DNA from: an uncultured Candidatus Saccharibacteria bacterium
Lineage (GTDB): Bacteria; Patescibacteriota; WWE3; UBA101185; UBA10185
Direction of reading: 5' to 3'
Length of the DNA stretch: 64,000 nucleotides
NCBI GenBank assembly: GCA_964643995.1
Contig: CAZXUJ010000002.1
Coordinates: forward strand, 14,209 to 78,208
Position 1 is the stretch's first letter; each line of letters opens with the position of its first letter. The translations under genes and the position numbers were made by a program. Under the pieces are notes generated by a model, which did not search any database, was not told where the DNA came from, and worked only from the letters and a program-made list of their open reading frames with translations. Of this stretch, positions 29,500 to 41,544 are shown piece after piece.

Positions 29500-29980
29500 T
29501 CCACCAGTTTAGCTGGGCGAGCATAGTTGTAGCAGAACGTTCTAGAGATTCAGTTTTTAGATTACCGTGTTCATCCAGCATATTCCAATACTCAACTATA
29601 TGAACCGCATCCCTAATTGGAGTCATATGAAGTTCGACAGCAACCTGACGTAACTGCGCAACTGCACGAGCACCACCAACAGAACCATAGCCAACAAACG
29701 CAACAGGTTTGTTATGCCATCCCTTATAAACATAATCCAAAGCATTCTTCAGCACTGCGGTATAACCATGGTTGTATTCAGCTGCAACAATAATAAATCC
29801 ATCAGCTTCTTCAATTTTTTTTGTCCACTTAGCAACAACTGGATGCGTATAAGGTTCTGTTATATAGGATGGGGAAACAGGCTGTTTTTTGGCCTTTGCA
29901 GCTATCCATGTCGCAGGCTGCGGTGCAAATCTTTTTTCACGAACTGATCCAATTATTATTGGAATCTTTAATTTTTCCAT
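29468..29980 (-). CDS. NADPH-dependent FMN reductase, apparently with an in-frame internal deletion
   Basis: IIGSVREKR, AEYNHGYTAVLKNALD, GYGSVGGARA; the usual EVELxDL..LP strand is missing between AKKQ and PVSP. Confidence 0.8.
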   Translation of the reverse strand: MEKLKIPIIIGSVREKRFAPQPATWIAAKAKKQPVSPSYITEPYTHPVVAKWTKKIEEADGFIIVAAEYNHGYTAVLKNALDYVYKGWHNKPVAFVGYGSVGGARAVAQLRQVAVELHMTPIRDAVHIVEYWNMLDEHGNLKTESLERSATTMLAQLNWWTRALKLARKS

Positions 29981-30010
29981 ATTTTTAACTATACTTTAGA
30001 CGTATACACT

Positions 30011-30619
30011 ATGCAAAACTCCATAAAATTAATTTTATTTGATATCGGCGCAGTGCTAAATGACTACTCAGAAGTGTTTACCACCATAGAAAAAGAAATT
30101 GGACTTCCCAAAAAGCTAATTGATGAAACTTTCGATAAATACGACGAATCTATCACCAAGGGATACATTACTCCACAGGAATTTTATGACTTGTGTAGAA
30201 AAGAGCACAATTTGAATACAGATCCTACTTACAACTTTCTTGAGGGGTGGATTAAGGACTACAAGCCAATAGCTCAAACACACAAACTAGCGAAAGATCT
30301 AAAAGGGCAGTATAAAGTAGGCTTAATGTCCAATATTTATAAGGGACTTGTTCCTGAAATGAAGGCACGCGACATAATTCCAAACATAGATTACGACTAC
30401 GAATTTCTATCGTGTGACGTTAGGATGCAGAAACCAGAGGATAGCTTATATGAGCATGTTGTAAAAGAGACCAGGCTAACACCACACGAAATATTGTTCA
30501 TTGACGATAGAGCTGACTATATTGAACCTGCTAACAGGAAAGGGTGGCAAACTTGCAAATTCTGCCTTAACGAAGCGGACACTCAGGTCGCATACCTAAG
30601 AAAGTTGCTGCTAAGCTAA
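30011..30619 (+). CDS. HAD-family hydrolase (YihX-like)
   Basis: [18 protein letters not shown]. Confidence 0.88.
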   Translation: MQNSIKLILFDIGAVLNDYSEVFTTIEKEIGLPKKLIDETFDKYDESITKGYITPQEFYDLCRKEHNLNTDPTYNFLEGWIKDYKPIAQTHKLAKDLKGQYKVGLMSNIYKGLVPEMKARDIIPNIDYDYEFLSCDVRMQKPEDSLYEHVVKETRLTPHEILFIDDRADYIEPANRKGWQTCKFCLNEADTQVAYLRKLLLS

Positions 30620-32826
30620 AACTTGTTTTTGAGCCTTAGACTATTGCCGACCACACTCACAGAACTAAAAGCCATAGCTAGACTAGCTATAATAGGGGAG
30701 AGCATAACTCCAAAAGACGGAAATAGGGCTCCAGCAGCAATCGGTATACCCAAAACATTATAACCAAATGCCCAGACTAAATTTTGCTTAATTGTTGTAA
30801 GAGTTCTCCCAGATATTTGAATAGCATCGACAACCTTCTGGACTGAACCACCAATCAAAACTATATCTCCAGACTCTATAGCTACGTCTGTTCCATTGCC
30901 CATGGCGAAACCAACGTGTGCTTGAGCCAGAGCAGGCGCATCGTTTATGCCGTCACCTACCATTGCAACTACAAAATCAGGGTTTTCATCTTGTAATTCC
31001 TTCACTTTCATTACTTTCTGATCTGGCTTAACTTCAGCCAAAACTTCATCAATACCTAATGTTGAAGCAACAATACTGGCTACCTTGTAACTATCCCCGG
31101 TTAGTAAATAAGTTTTTATCTTTTTGTCTTTAAGTCGCTTGATTAGCTGAGCTGCTTCAGGTTTGATACTGTCGGAAATACCCATAACGCCTACAGTTTT
31201 GTTATCATACGCTATGTAGGATACGGTACAAGCTTGAGCACGCAATGCATTTGCGCACTCCTCTAGCTCAAAAGGGACAAGTATATTTTGGTTTCGAAGC
31301 ATTGAGGTATTTCCTAACAATAAATCAATGTTATTGTAGGTAGCCTTAACTCCATGCCCAGGTACGTCCTCGAAAGCTTGGAGTTCAAGTGGTTGTACTC
31401 TTGGTTCCAAATATTTAACTACAGGCTCTGCTAGGGGATGATGGGATTTTTTTTCGATACTATAAATCAAGTTCTCTAATTCAGATTTGTTAGCTGTCGG
31501 TTCGATGTAAAACTCTTGGATTTGAGGTTTACCTATAGTTAAAGTGCCTGTCTTGTCAAAAATTATATGTGTGATTTTGTTCGTAATCTCAAGGGCCTGT
31601 GCATTCCTAATCAATATTCCACGACGTGCAGCATTACCCGTACCAACCATAATTGCAGTTGGGGTCGCAAGACCTAAAGCACAAGGGCAAGCTATGATTA
31701 AAACTGTTGTTGCAGCGTATATCGCTTGTGAAAAAGATCCTAATAGCATCCAAGTAATGAATGTAACTACTGAGATTACTATTACAACAGGTACAAACAC
31801 ACTTGAAACTTTATCGGCAAGCTTTTGTATAGGTGCCTCACTAGATTGAGCATACTCAACCATTTTTATAATCTGTGCCAATACCGTGTCTGAGCCAATC
31901 TTAGTAACCCGAATCTTTATATATCCCAACTTGTTTATAGTAGCACCTACAACTTTGTCACCTAAAACCTTTCCCACTGGAAGAGATTCACCAGTCAACA
32001 TGGACTCATCGATTGTTGTAGAACCATCCACAATTTCACCATCAACAGGTATTTTCCATCCAGGCTTAACAATAACTATGTCTCCAACGGCTACTTTATC
32101 GACCGGAACAGCGATTTCTTTACCGTTAATTTCAACAATAGCATCTTTCACTTGGAGCTCTAGCAAAGCTTTTATTGCCTCGTTGGTACGACCCTTAGCA
32201 CGAACCTCTAGAAACCTACCCAACAAGATGAAAAATATTATAAAAACCGCAGCTTCAAAGTATGTATCACCACCAGTGGCTAAAAAAAATGTAACAAATG
32301 AAGAATAAAGCCAAGCTGTTAATGTACCTAAGGCAATCAATGAATCCATGTTAAAACTTTTAACTCGTAAGGCAGTAAATGCACTGTGATAGATATCTTT
32401 ACTAGCTACGAAAAGTACAAGAGTTGCAAGCATAAATTGAATAATATTTAGTAAAGATTGAGAAATACTTATCTCTGGCATCATCATACCCAGAAATAAC
32501 TCTGCAAACATAGAAGCCATTAGTATTAAAAATGGAATAGAAAGTAACCCACTTAAAATTACATTTCGTTTTAGTTTTTGGAGTTCATATTCTTTATTTG
32601 CGTTAGTAGAACCAACTACGAGTTTATAACCGCCTAAACTTGCCACTTTTTTTCGAATGTTGTCGATTGTTGTCTTCTTATCATCGTATTCCACTGTGAG
32701 TTTTTCAGTGCCATAATTCACTTTTCCGGATTCAACTCCTTCAACAGAATTTACGCCGCGTTCTATAAGTGTCTTGCATGATGCACAATGCATACCGGTT
32801 ATTGAGTAAGTTTCTTTTTTTAGCAT
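30616..32826 (-). CDS. copA: Copper-translocating P1B-type ATPase
   Basis: [46 protein letters not shown]. Confidence 0.93.
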   Translation of the reverse strand: MLKKETYSITGMHCASCKTLIERGVNSVEGVESGKVNYGTEKLTVEYDDKKTTIDNIRKKVASLGGYKLVVGSTNANKEYELQKLKRNVILSGLLSIPFLILMASMFAELFLGMMMPEISISQSLLNIIQFMLATLVLFVASKDIYHSAFTALRVKSFNMDSLIALGTLTAWLYSSFVTFFLATGGDTYFEAAVFIIFFILLGRFLEVRAKGRTNEAIKALLELQVKDAIVEINGKEIAVPVDKVAVGDIVIVKPGWKIPVDGEIVDGSTTIDESMLTGESLPVGKVLGDKVVGATINKLGYIKIRVTKIGSDTVLAQIIKMVEYAQSSEAPIQKLADKVSSVFVPVVIVISVVTFITWMLLGSFSQAIYAATTVLIIACPCALGLATPTAIMVGTGNAARRGILIRNAQALEITNKITHIIFDKTGTLTIGKPQIQEFYIEPTANKSELENLIYSIEKKSHHPLAEPVVKYLEPRVQPLELQAFEDVPGHGVKATYNNIDLLLGNTSMLRNQNILVPFELEECANALRAQACTVSYIAYDNKTVGVMGISDSIKPEAAQLIKRLKDKKIKTYLLTGDSYKVASIVASTLGIDEVLAEVKPDQKVMKVKELQDENPDFVVAMVGDGINDAPALAQAHVGFAMGNGTDVAIESGDIVLIGGSVQKVVDAIQISGRTLTTIKQNLVWAFGYNVLGIPIAAGALFPSFGVMLSPIIASLAMAFSSVSVVGNSLRLKNKF

Positions 32827-32827
32827 A

Positions 32828-34171
32828 TTAATAGACCGTAACTGTTACTGGGGGGACCATCCCCATCGAACAGGAAATTTTATACGTGCCAGCTTTAGGT
32901 GATACAAATTCAACAGTGTTCATACCAGGTTTAAGATAAATTACATTAGGGTAAAGTCCGCGTGCATAAACAGCCCGTGCGCAACCTAAGCTTCCATTGT
33001 CAAATATTTCCCACCTTGTTTTGGTGTTTGCTTTGATGGTTATTTGAGATGGGAAGTAATCAAGTTTATTTGCTTCCATCTGCATTACTTGAATTTCACC
33101 TTGTTTGGTAGTACTTTCCACTTGAGGTTTGCTACGCGAGGATTCAAACGTAATGTCGCTAAGACTGGGCAAACCTAAAACATTAAGTTGTGAATTTAAA
33201 GTATATAAGGCAAAAAATATAATCACTAAACCCGAGAACAAACTAAAGCGCTTTGAAAAAGTAGGATTAGAATAAAGCTTTACACTCGTAAAACTTATCA
33301 AAGCTAGAATAGGCAGGGTGCCTAGAGCAAAAGCAAACAACTGTGCAGCTCCCAAATAAAAACTTCCAGACTGTATTACTGTAGTCTGAGCAATTAGTGT
33401 AAATCCGCAAGGTACGAAAAATGTTAGCCCTCCTACCAGTACTGGGAGATACTTGTTTTGCATGTCTGCGTTTTTATCAAACGAATGAAATCTACCAAAA
33501 ATACTTAGATTAAATCTTTGAAACCATCTTATCCCAACCATTTGAAAGCCAATAATCATCATAAAAATAGCAACCACTAGTGTAAGTATGGATGTAGAGG
33601 TCATAGAGAAAGTAAGGAAATTTCCGATGTACCCTAGGAGGCCACCAAAAAAAGCAAATACAGCCAAGCGCGAAATATTAAAATATACAAATGGTAAAAC
33701 ACGATTATGCCAACTTGACGAAAGACTCAACAATAAACCTCCAACTAAGGCCGCACAACTCGAGATACCTGCTGCCAACCCAAAAATAAAATAAGACATT
33801 AGAGAAGAGTTACCTGTAAGAGTCAGCTTCATTAATGTACCGTTTTTGTTTAATATAAAAAATGTAATGCAAAAAATTATTACTATTGCTAACACTCTCA
33901 AAAAATCCTCTTTATTTACTGGAGTTTCTTTATCAGGCGTGTCACTGAATGTATAGCCTGCATCCTTAAACAAGCTGTTTAGTTTTGAAATTTTTGGAAG
34001 ATCCTCCTGAGAACCTACCTCAACATGTACACATGCATTCTTAAGTGATGCCTTAGCATTCTTAACACCTTTTATTGCTTTGATGTCCTGGGAAACCAAG
34101 ATTTCACATGCGGCACAGTGCATGCCTTTAACAAAATATGTTTTCGATGCTCCTTTAGTTTTTGTATTCAT
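32828..34171 (-). CDS. HMA + DsbD_2/TauE-like membrane domain + cupredoxin protein
   Basis: GMHCAAC; SSCAALVGG; FVPCGFT; C-terminal GC..SCSMGM. Confidence 0.85.
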   Translation of the reverse strand: MNTKTKGASKTYFVKGMHCAACEILVSQDIKAIKGVKNAKASLKNACVHVEVGSQEDLPKISKLNSLFKDAGYTFSDTPDKETPVNKEDFLRVLAIVIIFCITFFILNKNGTLMKLTLTGNSSLMSYFIFGLAAGISSCAALVGGLLLSLSSSWHNRVLPFVYFNISRLAVFAFFGGLLGYIGNFLTFSMTSTSILTLVVAIFMMIIGFQMVGIRWFQRFNLSIFGRFHSFDKNADMQNKYLPVLVGGLTFFVPCGFTLIAQTTVIQSGSFYLGAAQLFAFALGTLPILALISFTSVKLYSNPTFSKRFSLFSGLVIIFFALYTLNSQLNVLGLPSLSDITFESSRSKPQVESTTKQGEIQVMQMEANKLDYFPSQITIKANTKTRWEIFDNGSLGCARAVYARGLYPNVIYLKPGMNTVEFVSPKAGTYKISCSMGMVPPVTVTVY

Positions 34172-34415
34172 AAATTTTTAATAACTCCTGAGTAATTTTT
34201 TCGGAATTTCCCTCTTTAGCCTGTGCAACTACACAATGCTTAATGTGATCCGCGATCACTACAGAATCAAGTTTTTTTAATGCTTTCTGAACAGCTAATG
34301 ATTGATGCACTATATCTATACAGTAAGTGTCAGTTTCTATCATGCGCTCAATAGCATTTAAATGCCCTTTTATTATTTTTATTCTGTGTAGAATACTATC
34401 TTTGCTACTTTTCAT
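34155..34415 (-). CDS. csoR: CsoR-family copper-sensing repressor
   Basis: RIKIIKGHLNAIERMIE..YCIDI..HIKHC (Cys, His, Cys ligands). Confidence 0.9.
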   Translation of the reverse strand: MKSSKDSILHRIKIIKGHLNAIERMIETDTYCIDIVHQSLAVQKALKKLDSVVIADHIKHCVVAQAKEGNSEKITQELLKIYEYKN

Positions 34416-34423
34416 AAGTGTGG

Positions 34424-34438
34424 TCCCCCCAGGGGGGA
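34424..34438. promoter_or_regulatory. CsoR operator
   Basis: TCCCCCC-A-GGGGGGA C/G-tract palindrome 8 nt upstream of csoR, the known CsoR site type. Confidence 0.75.
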
Positions 34439-34487
34439 TATAGGAATAGTACACTCGTATTAAATTAAATGAAAGCTGGAGTTTATT

Positions 34488-36299
34488 TTAACGTCTTATC
34501 GACTTCAAGCGTTGGGCAGTATTTAATATTTTTTTGCGTAATCGTATATTTTTTGGAGTAATCTCCAAAAGTTCATCATCTTCCAAGAAATTAAGATATT
34601 GTTCTAAACTCATTATTGTCGGTGGTGTAAGTATAATACCATCTTCACCCTGAGATCTGACGTTTGTTAACTGCTTACCTTTACAAACATTAATTTCTAG
34701 ATCTTGCTCACGACCATTTACACCAACAACCATACCTTCATAAACCATTTCCTGCGGACCAATAAATACAGGGCCTTTTTCTTGAGCTGTTTGTAAACCG
34801 TATGCAGCAGCTTTACCCTCTGCAGAAGCAATCAACACACCTTTGCGCATTTTCTGCACTACTGCGTTAGATTTATCATATTTTAAAAACAAAGAGTTCA
34901 TTACTGCAGTACCTTTTGTTAAGGTTAGTAAGGTACTTCGCAGGCCAAGTATCTGTCTTGTAGGAATTTCAAATATCAATCTTGTACTGCCCCCATCTGT
35001 AGGTTCTTGTTCTTTAAGTACAGCACGCCTTTTACCAAGTTCACTGTTTATGGCACCAACATATGAATTGTCGACATCGATTGTAAGTTCTTCAAATGGC
35101 TCTTTTTCAACCCCATCAATGATTTTTGTAATAACTTTAGGTTTTCCTACTTCAAATTCATATCCCTCACGTCGTAAAGTTTCAAAAAACACGGATAAGT
35201 GCAATTCACCGCGACCGGATATTATAAATTGAGCATTCTCATTTATTTCAAACTTCATTGCAACGTTTGTTTGGAGTTCTTTGTGAATTCGATCTAACAA
35301 TTGACGACTAGTCAAAAAATCACCATCTTGGCCTCTAAATGGAGATGTGTTCGCACCAATATAGATACTTAACGTGGGGTCTTCAATAGACATTGTGGGC
35401 AAAGGAGTCCTATCAACTAAGGATGTGATTGTATCGCCAATGCTTGCATCTTTTATGCCAGTAAAAGCCACTATATCCCCAGCTAAAGCTTCGGGAACAG
35501 CTACACGGCCTAACCCTTTGTTTACATAAACAGCGTCCACAATTGCTTCTTGGCTTTTGTCAGCCAATGAGGCTAAGTAAATTTTTTCTCCAGATGAAAC
35601 CTTGCCTTGCTGTATTCTTCCAATTACATATTTACCCTTATATGAATCCCAGTCTAGTGAAGTAACTAACATTTTAAGAGGAGCCTTCAAATCGGCACAG
35701 GGTGCAGGAACATCACGTAGTATCGCATCAAAGATAGGTGTTAGATCAGCATCAGCAGTTATATCAGCGGGCAAAGTAGCCCATGCTTTACCGTCACGAC
35801 CTATTGCATAAAGAACTGTAAAGTTCAGTTGATCCTCGTGGCTTGCCAACTCTAAAAATAAATCGGAAACTCTGCTTATAGTTTTGTTTATGTTTGCATT
35901 TTGCTTATCAATCTTGTTGATAACAACGATTATTTTTAAGTTAAGTTCAAGGGCTTTACGTAGAACAAACTTCGTTTGGGGCATTGGACCTTCTTGAGCA
36001 TCTACCATAAGTAATGCGCCATCTGCCATATTGAGTGTTCTTTCTACCTCACCACCAAAGTCGGCATGCCCAGGTGTATCTACAATGTTAATTTTTACGT
36101 CCTTGTACATTACGGCTGTATTTTTGGCTAGAATAGTGATACCTCGCTCACGTTCTTGATCATTACTATCCATTATCAAATCTTGTTCCATATAGGATTC
36201 ATTGTCTCTAAAGGTCTTAGACTGCTTCAACAAACCATCAACTAGTGTGGTCTTTCCATGGTCTACGTGTGCAATTATCGCAATATTTCTTATATCCAT
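34488..36299 (-). CDS. typA: Translational GTPase TypA/BipA
   Basis: [48 protein letters not shown]. Confidence 0.97.
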   Translation of the reverse strand: MDIRNIAIIAHVDHGKTTLVDGLLKQSKTFRDNESYMEQDLIMDSNDQERERGITILAKNTAVMYKDVKINIVDTPGHADFGGEVERTLNMADGALLMVDAQEGPMPQTKFVLRKALELNLKIIVVINKIDKQNANINKTISRVSDLFLELASHEDQLNFTVLYAIGRDGKAWATLPADITADADLTPIFDAILRDVPAPCADLKAPLKMLVTSLDWDSYKGKYVIGRIQQGKVSSGEKIYLASLADKSQEAIVDAVYVNKGLGRVAVPEALAGDIVAFTGIKDASIGDTITSLVDRTPLPTMSIEDPTLSIYIGANTSPFRGQDGDFLTSRQLLDRIHKELQTNVAMKFEINENAQFIISGRGELHLSVFFETLRREGYEFEVGKPKVITKIIDGVEKEPFEELTIDVDNSYVGAINSELGKRRAVLKEQEPTDGGSTRLIFEIPTRQILGLRSTLLTLTKGTAVMNSLFLKYDKSNAVVQKMRKGVLIASAEGKAAAYGLQTAQEKGPVFIGPQEMVYEGMVVGVNGREQDLEINVCKGKQLTNVRSQGEDGIILTPPTIMSLEQYLNFLEDDELLEITPKNIRLRKKILNTAQRLKSIRR

Positions 36300-36309
36300 A
36301 AGTTATAAC

Positions 36310-37503
36310 TTAACGAACAAAGGTTAATGCAACGCCCTTTTTACCTATACGACCCGTTCTGCCAATACGATGTATATAGTCTGCATAAGTTGCAGGTTCA
36401 TCGTAATTGATTACATGCGTAATATCAGGTACATCGATACCTCTGGAGGCGACATCAGTGGCAACAAGAATTTGAATTCTGTTATCTCTAAACATGCTAA
36501 GAGTGCGAGTTCTAGTATTCTGTGATTTGTTGCCGTGGATAGCCTCCGCTTTGAACCCACGAACCCTCAAATCTCTAGATAAGACGTCCGCATCTCTCTT
36601 TGTACGTGAGAAAACTAACACTTTCTCTACTTCCTGACTATTAAGCAAGTCGTGCAAAAGCTGCATTTTGTGCTCTCGAGATGTGTACTTAACAATATTT
36701 TGTTCAACATTTTTGTGAGGCGCTTGGCGTTCCATTGAGATCCTTTCAGGGGCTATCAACAAAGACCTTGCTATATTCTCTGAAACAGGAGAAATTGTTG
36801 CTGAAAAAAACAATGACTGTCTTACTGGAGCAACCTTTGCAACTATTGTTGTGATATCTTTGACAAAACCCATATCTAGCATACGATCAACCTCATCTAA
36901 AACAATGTTACTGAACATATCAAGATCCAGGACTTTGCGTGTGTAAAGATCAAGGATTCTACCCGGGGTACCAATAACAAAATGTGGCTTATATTTTAAC
37001 GAAGTAATTTGTTGGCGCATATTTTCTCCACCAATAACTAGTGTTCTTCCTAAACCAGCACCTGATGCGAAAGTATCAAACTCATTCTTTATTTGTAAAG
37101 CAAGTTCTCTTGTTGGAGTAATTATCAAACATTTCTGCGTTTTATCACGCAAAACCTTGTTTATTAAGGGGATTAAGAATGCTGCAGTTTTACCTGAGCC
37201 TGTGCTTGCCATAGCAAGTAAATCTCGACCAGCTATTACGACTGGAATTGCCTGTGCTTGAACTTTTGTAGGGTGCACATAACCCTTCTTTTTTATATTT
37301 GCCTTTAGGATAGGTTCTAAATCAAAGTCATTGTATGTCACTGAAGTGTCATAAGGTGTTGACTCCACAATTTCAGTTGCCTTAGCAATATACTGAGCGT
37401 GTTGAATCTTTTCATCTCTAAAGCCACGGCTACCATTTCTTTTATTTCTAAAGCCGCCTCTAGAATATCTACCACTATTTGGTCTATTTGCATTTCTATA
37501 CAT
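36310..37503 (-). CDS. DEAD-box RNA helicase
   Basis: TGSGKT, PTREL, TPGR, DEVD, SAT, HRIGRTGR. Confidence 0.95.
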   Translation of the reverse strand: MYRNANRPNSGRYSRGGFRNKRNGSRGFRDEKIQHAQYIAKATEIVESTPYDTSVTYNDFDLEPILKANIKKKGYVHPTKVQAQAIPVVIAGRDLLAMASTGSGKTAAFLIPLINKVLRDKTQKCLIITPTRELALQIKNEFDTFASGAGLGRTLVIGGENMRQQITSLKYKPHFVIGTPGRILDLYTRKVLDLDMFSNIVLDEVDRMLDMGFVKDITTIVAKVAPVRQSLFFSATISPVSENIARSLLIAPERISMERQAPHKNVEQNIVKYTSREHKMQLLHDLLNSQEVEKVLVFSRTKRDADVLSRDLRVRGFKAEAIHGNKSQNTRTRTLSMFRDNRIQILVATDVASRGIDVPDITHVINYDEPATYADYIHRIGRTGRIGKKGVALTFVR

Positions 37504-37642
37504 ATTTTTTTCTTGGATGGTACAAAAGAGATAAAAGTAGCTTAATTGGGCTTTAGATCCATTTTGGACAATCGCAGGGAGTATTGTATCACGTATTTAC
37601 ATAAATTGTCGAAACGACCAAAATAAGGTTAAAATGTAGTTC

Positions 37643-38044
37643 ATGTATGATATCAAAACAGGAATCATAACTATCGAATCCCAGAAAGAATTTCAAATAG
37701 TGGACATTACAGACCAGGTGAACAAAATTCTAAGAGAGGACTGTAATTTATGCAATGTTTTCGTGCAACACACTACAGCAGCAATAGGGATAGTAGATGT
37801 TGATAAGGGAACACAACTTGATATGGTGGATTCTTTGAACAAACTCCTGCCAGAAATAAATTATAGATTTTCCTATAACCCAGAGCATATGGATGCGCAT
37901 ATATTAGCCACAATGATTGGCATGTTTGTGACTGTACCTGTAGTTAATGGCAAACTCCTGCTAGGGGAGTGGCAAAGACTAGTACTTATCGAATTAAACG
38001 GCCCGCGCAAAAGGCATGTTGCTATCACAGGACTCGCAAAGTAG
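37643..38044 (+). CDS. yjbQ: YjbQ/UPF0047 family protein
   Basis: QHTTAA, DAHI, LGEWQ..ELNGPR. Confidence 0.88.
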   Translation: MYDIKTGIITIESQKEFQIVDITDQVNKILREDCNLCNVFVQHTTAAIGIVDVDKGTQLDMVDSLNKLLPEINYRFSYNPEHMDAHILATMIGMFVTVPVVNGKLLLGEWQRLVLIELNGPRKRHVAITGLAK

Positions 38045-38053
38045 TTGGTACGT

Positions 38054-39844
38054 ATGACTTTTGCACGTAAACTTTACAAACTAATACACAAATCGAATCT
38101 TAAGTCAGACATCATAGCAGGAGTAACTGTTGCCTTACTATTAATCCCGCAATCTTTAGCCTACGCAAAGCTGGCTGGGTTACCTCCTCAATTTGGTTTA
38201 TTCGCGGCGCTGCTACCTCCAATTATTGCGACTTACTTTGGATCAAGTCCACAATTGTCTACAGGACCAATTGCAGTTTTATCTCTAATGACCTTTTCCG
38301 CATTAACACCGCTCGCTGAGCCAGGAACTTCCTTATACAATTCCTATGCAATAGCTCTGGCGCTTATGCTAGGTGTATTTTTGCTCTTGCTTGGACTTCT
38401 TAGACTTGGTAATCTCGTAAGCCTTCTTTCACATCCTGTTATTTATGGATTCACAAATGCCGCAGCAGTAATTATCGGGACTACTCAAATAGCATCCTTT
38501 TTTGGTGTTTCAGTAGGCAGACACGAACATCACTATCAAATGGTTTCAGAGGCATTACAAAAAGGATTTCAGTCTCCAGATCTCACAACTTTAATCTTAG
38601 GAGTTTCAATACTTTTAATGATGTTTTTAATGAAAAAAATCAATTCCAGCGCACCTGCAGTATTAATTGCATTGGTGGTAGGAACGATAATCACAAGGCT
38701 ATTCGAACTCCCAGTAGCTATTATAGGGAATATACCTATAGGAATAGGCAGTATAAATATACCTGATTTTGAAATAAGCCAAATATCGTTACTAGGACCA
38801 GCAGTTGTTGCAATGGGAATGATAGGGTTTACTGAAACTGTAGCAATCTCACAGGCAATAGCGATAAAAACGAAGTCAAGATTTGACCCTAATCGGGAAC
38901 TAATTGGACAAGGAGCTGCAAATCTTATCGGTTCTTTCAACAGCAGTTACCCCGTATCCGGCTCGTTGGCAAGAACGGCATTGAATTACAGGGTAGGGGC
39001 AACATCTTGGCGGGCAAGTCTAGTTACAAGTTTTACTGTATTAGTTGTGCTGCTCTTTTTTACTAAATATCTCTATCATTTACCACAAGTAGTCTTAGCG
39101 GCTATCATAGTTTATTCAGTCGCAGGCTTGATAGACTTTAAAAAAATTCAATTGTTATGGAACATTAACAGATTTGATACCTATGCCTCATTACTTACTT
39201 TTTTTTCAACACTTTACTTTGCACCAGAATTAGAAAAGGGGGTTTTCTTGGGCGCAGGAATATCGATGATTTACTTTATTTATCGCAATACGCATCCACG
39301 TGTTGCCTTTTTGTCACTATACAAAGATAAATTTTTTCACGATGCGCATTCTAACCACCTAGATGTTTGCACAAACATTGCACTTGTCAGACTAGACGCA
39401 CCATTATTTTTTGCCAATGCAACATTTTTTGAAGAAGAGGTCATAAAATATCTAGCTACACACAAAAAAGTCACCGATGTACTATTCATTGGATCAGGTA
39501 TAAATGAGATCGATATCACAGGCGAAGAGATTTTGGAGAATCTAACGAAAGCATTAAATGAAAATAATAAGCACGTATTCTTTGCATCCATGAAACGTCC
39601 CGTTATGGACAAATTATATAAATCCGGGTTTGTTGATGAAATTGGAGAAGAACAGTTCTTTTCAACAGCAAAGGAAGCTGTAAAGCACTTGCTAAAACAC
39701 CTTGAACATGAGCATAAACACCTAGATCATGACAACTGTCCACTTATGAAGTACACACAAAACAATAGACATCACGAGCACCATGAAAGCTCGCGAAGAA
39801 ATCATATCGCATTTGTTTACGAAAAAATGTTTGGTAAAAAGTAG
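38054..39844 (+). CDS. SulP/SLC26 anion transporter with STAS domain
   Basis: IPQSLAYAKLAGLPP, GSSPQLSTGP, NRELIGQG, LFFANA. Confidence 0.92.
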   Translation: MTFARKLYKLIHKSNLKSDIIAGVTVALLLIPQSLAYAKLAGLPPQFGLFAALLPPIIATYFGSSPQLSTGPIAVLSLMTFSALTPLAEPGTSLYNSYAIALALMLGVFLLLLGLLRLGNLVSLLSHPVIYGFTNAAAVIIGTTQIASFFGVSVGRHEHHYQMVSEALQKGFQSPDLTTLILGVSILLMMFLMKKINSSAPAVLIALVVGTIITRLFELPVAIIGNIPIGIGSINIPDFEISQISLLGPAVVAMGMIGFTETVAISQAIAIKTKSRFDPNRELIGQGAANLIGSFNSSYPVSGSLARTALNYRVGATSWRASLVTSFTVLVVLLFFTKYLYHLPQVVLAAIIVYSVAGLIDFKKIQLLWNINRFDTYASLLTFFSTLYFAPELEKGVFLGAGISMIYFIYRNTHPRVAFLSLYKDKFFHDAHSNHLDVCTNIALVRLDAPLFFANATFFEEEVIKYLATHKKVTDVLFIGSGINEIDITGEEILENLTKALNENNKHVFFASMKRPVMDKLYKSGFVDEIGEEQFFSTAKEAVKHLLKHLEHEHKHLDHDNCPLMKYTQNNRHHEHHESSRRNHIAFVYEKMFGKK

Positions 39845-39845
39845 C

Positions 39846-40565
39846 TTACCACCTACAAAGTTCAAAAGTCACCATAATGGACTTCTGGTTTTCTGTGGTA
39901 CCTGGTTCTAAAGCAAACCCACTACCTCCACCAGCACCACGCATACCCATATCATACATAACACCAGTCTCATTTGTAGTACCAGACTCTGCTAAATGAA
40001 CTACTCTTTTAACTTTCAACCCTTGCATTTGAGCAAGAGCGGAGGCTTTAGCATAAGCATCATCATAAGCCATACTCAATAACTCCTCTTCGTCAACCGA
40101 CTCGTTGTTAATGGCAAAGTTCGGTCCGTTAAAGTTACGAATATCAAGTGTAGCTAACAATTGGCCAACACCCTCTACTAAAGCTATGTCCGAGACCTTT
40201 ATTTCTATCGTGCCTGTTGCAACCCAATCTTTATCTTCAGAGAGACTTGTAGTAGGGTTCCAGATTTCCTCTCTGTAAACATTTACATTCAGGGTTTTTA
40301 TATCTTCTGCGGGAATGCCATATTCCTTAAGAGCATCGATAATTTTTTGATTACCCTCCTCAAACGCCCTGACAGCAGATTCCTTAACCGGGTCTTTATA
40401 TTGCATATAGGCCGAAAAAGAGGCAATCTCATTTTTCTGATCATTACTGGCTGAACCATACACGGTGACTTGAGTACGCTTGAAAAGAGCTAAATACAAA
40501 TTTAAAATTACTGAAACAACTAAAACTACGACTATAAGGTTTTTTAAAGATAAGATTTTAGGCAT
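39846..40565 (-). CDS. SIMPL (DUF541) domain protein
   Basis: VTVYGSA, GIPAEDIKT, AYDDAYAKASALA, LEPG..VTFE. Confidence 0.85.
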   Translation of the reverse strand: MPKILSLKNLIVVVLVVSVILNLYLALFKRTQVTVYGSASNDQKNEIASFSAYMQYKDPVKESAVRAFEEGNQKIIDALKEYGIPAEDIKTLNVNVYREEIWNPTTSLSEDKDWVATGTIEIKVSDIALVEGVGQLLATLDIRNFNGPNFAINNESVDEEELLSMAYDDAYAKASALAQMQGLKVKRVVHLAESGTTNETGVMYDMGMRGAGGGSGFALEPGTTENQKSIMVTFELCRW

Positions 40566-40588
40566 GAACATATTATATAGCTAACAAG

Positions 40589-41069
40589 CTATTTGGAATA
40601 GAGCCTACTGGCGACAATCTGGCTTACCAAGATAGCAAAAAATAATACCAACGAATAAACAAGTTACAACATAAGTAATGAATAACCAAAACCTTTCGTT
40701 ACAGCAATAAATAAAGTGGCGTACCAGGAAGTCCTGGAAATTGCCCCACATGCAAAAGCTATTTTTCTGTAGCATTAACCAAGATTATAAATACAAAGGT
40801 CATTTTAGCTATAAAAATAGCGGAAGAGAGCAATCTTGTAGAACTAGGTATAAAGAGCATAACACCTGTTACAAGTACAACTAATACCCCAAGCCAAATC
40901 ATTTTTGAAACTTACTCCAATATACCCTTTCAGATTTATTGATTTTCATATCTCAAAGAAATCTAAAGAAAAGAAAATCAGAAACAAGTGCGCCACCAAA
41001 ACCTAAAATAAAACCCAAAAAGTGGGTTTTTAAAATCACACTTTGAAAATTTATCAAAAAATCAAGCAT
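40589..41069 (-). pseudogene. Membrane protein pseudogene
   Basis: MLDFL..HFLGFILGFGGALVSDFLFFRFL*DMKI..IWLG..KMTFVFIILVNA, then YRKIAFACGAISRTSWY in another frame (stop, frameshifts, deletion). Confidence 0.6.
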
Positions 41070-41106
41070 ATATATATGGTAGCAAATCCTCTAAAAGCTG
41101 CAGTAT

Positions 41107-41134
41107 TTGTCAAGAAGTAGGCATATGATATAAT
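41107..41134 (+). promoter_or_regulatory. Sigma70 promoter with extended -10
   Basis: TTGTCA-N16-TATAAT with TGn. Confidence 0.7.
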
Positions 41135-41216
41135 GTGCATGATTTTGTTACTTTAATGACGAACCGTTAGTGCGCTTCTTTCATTAAAGATCTAATGATG
41201 AAGGAGGTGTCCCTGA

Positions 41217-41498
41217 ATGAAAAAACTATATATAGGCAACTTGCCTTATTCCGTAAAGGATGAGGATTTAGCAGCTATTTTCGCTGAAGCTGGAACAGTT
41301 ATATCTGCAACAGTTATATTCGATAGAGCTACTAAAAGATCTAAAGGATTCGGTTTCGTAGAAATGGAGGATGCAGATGCAGATAATGCAATAAGCACAC
41401 TCGATGGAAAAGAAATCGACGGTAGAGCAATGAGAGTTAGCGAAGCAAGACCAAAAGAAGAAAAAAGAAACAACGGTTTCGATAGAAATAGAAGATAA
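41217..41498 (+). CDS. RRM (RNP-1) RNA-binding protein
   Basis: LYIGNL (RNP2), KGFGFVEM (RNP1); AAGGAGGT SD. Confidence 0.95.
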   Translation: MKKLYIGNLPYSVKDEDLAAIFAEAGTVISATVIFDRATKRSKGFGFVEMEDADADNAISTLDGKEIDGRAMRVSEARPKEEKRNNGFDRNRR

Positions 41499-41510
41499 CA
41501 ACGATAACTG

Positions 41511-41543
41511 AAAGGGCCTCGCAAGAGGCCTTTTCTTTTTTTT
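41511..41543 (+). terminator. Intrinsic terminator
   Basis: GGGCCTC-GCAA-GAGGCCT followed by T-rich tail. Confidence 0.88.
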
Positions 41544-41544
41544 A

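Noticed and set aside
6385-41069. Stop-codon reassignment (TGA read-through) to explain in-frame stops
   Set aside because: TGA terminates intact genes (e.g. 3052, 17269, 44078), the relics contain TAA, TAG and frameshifts as well, and conserved genes need no read-through
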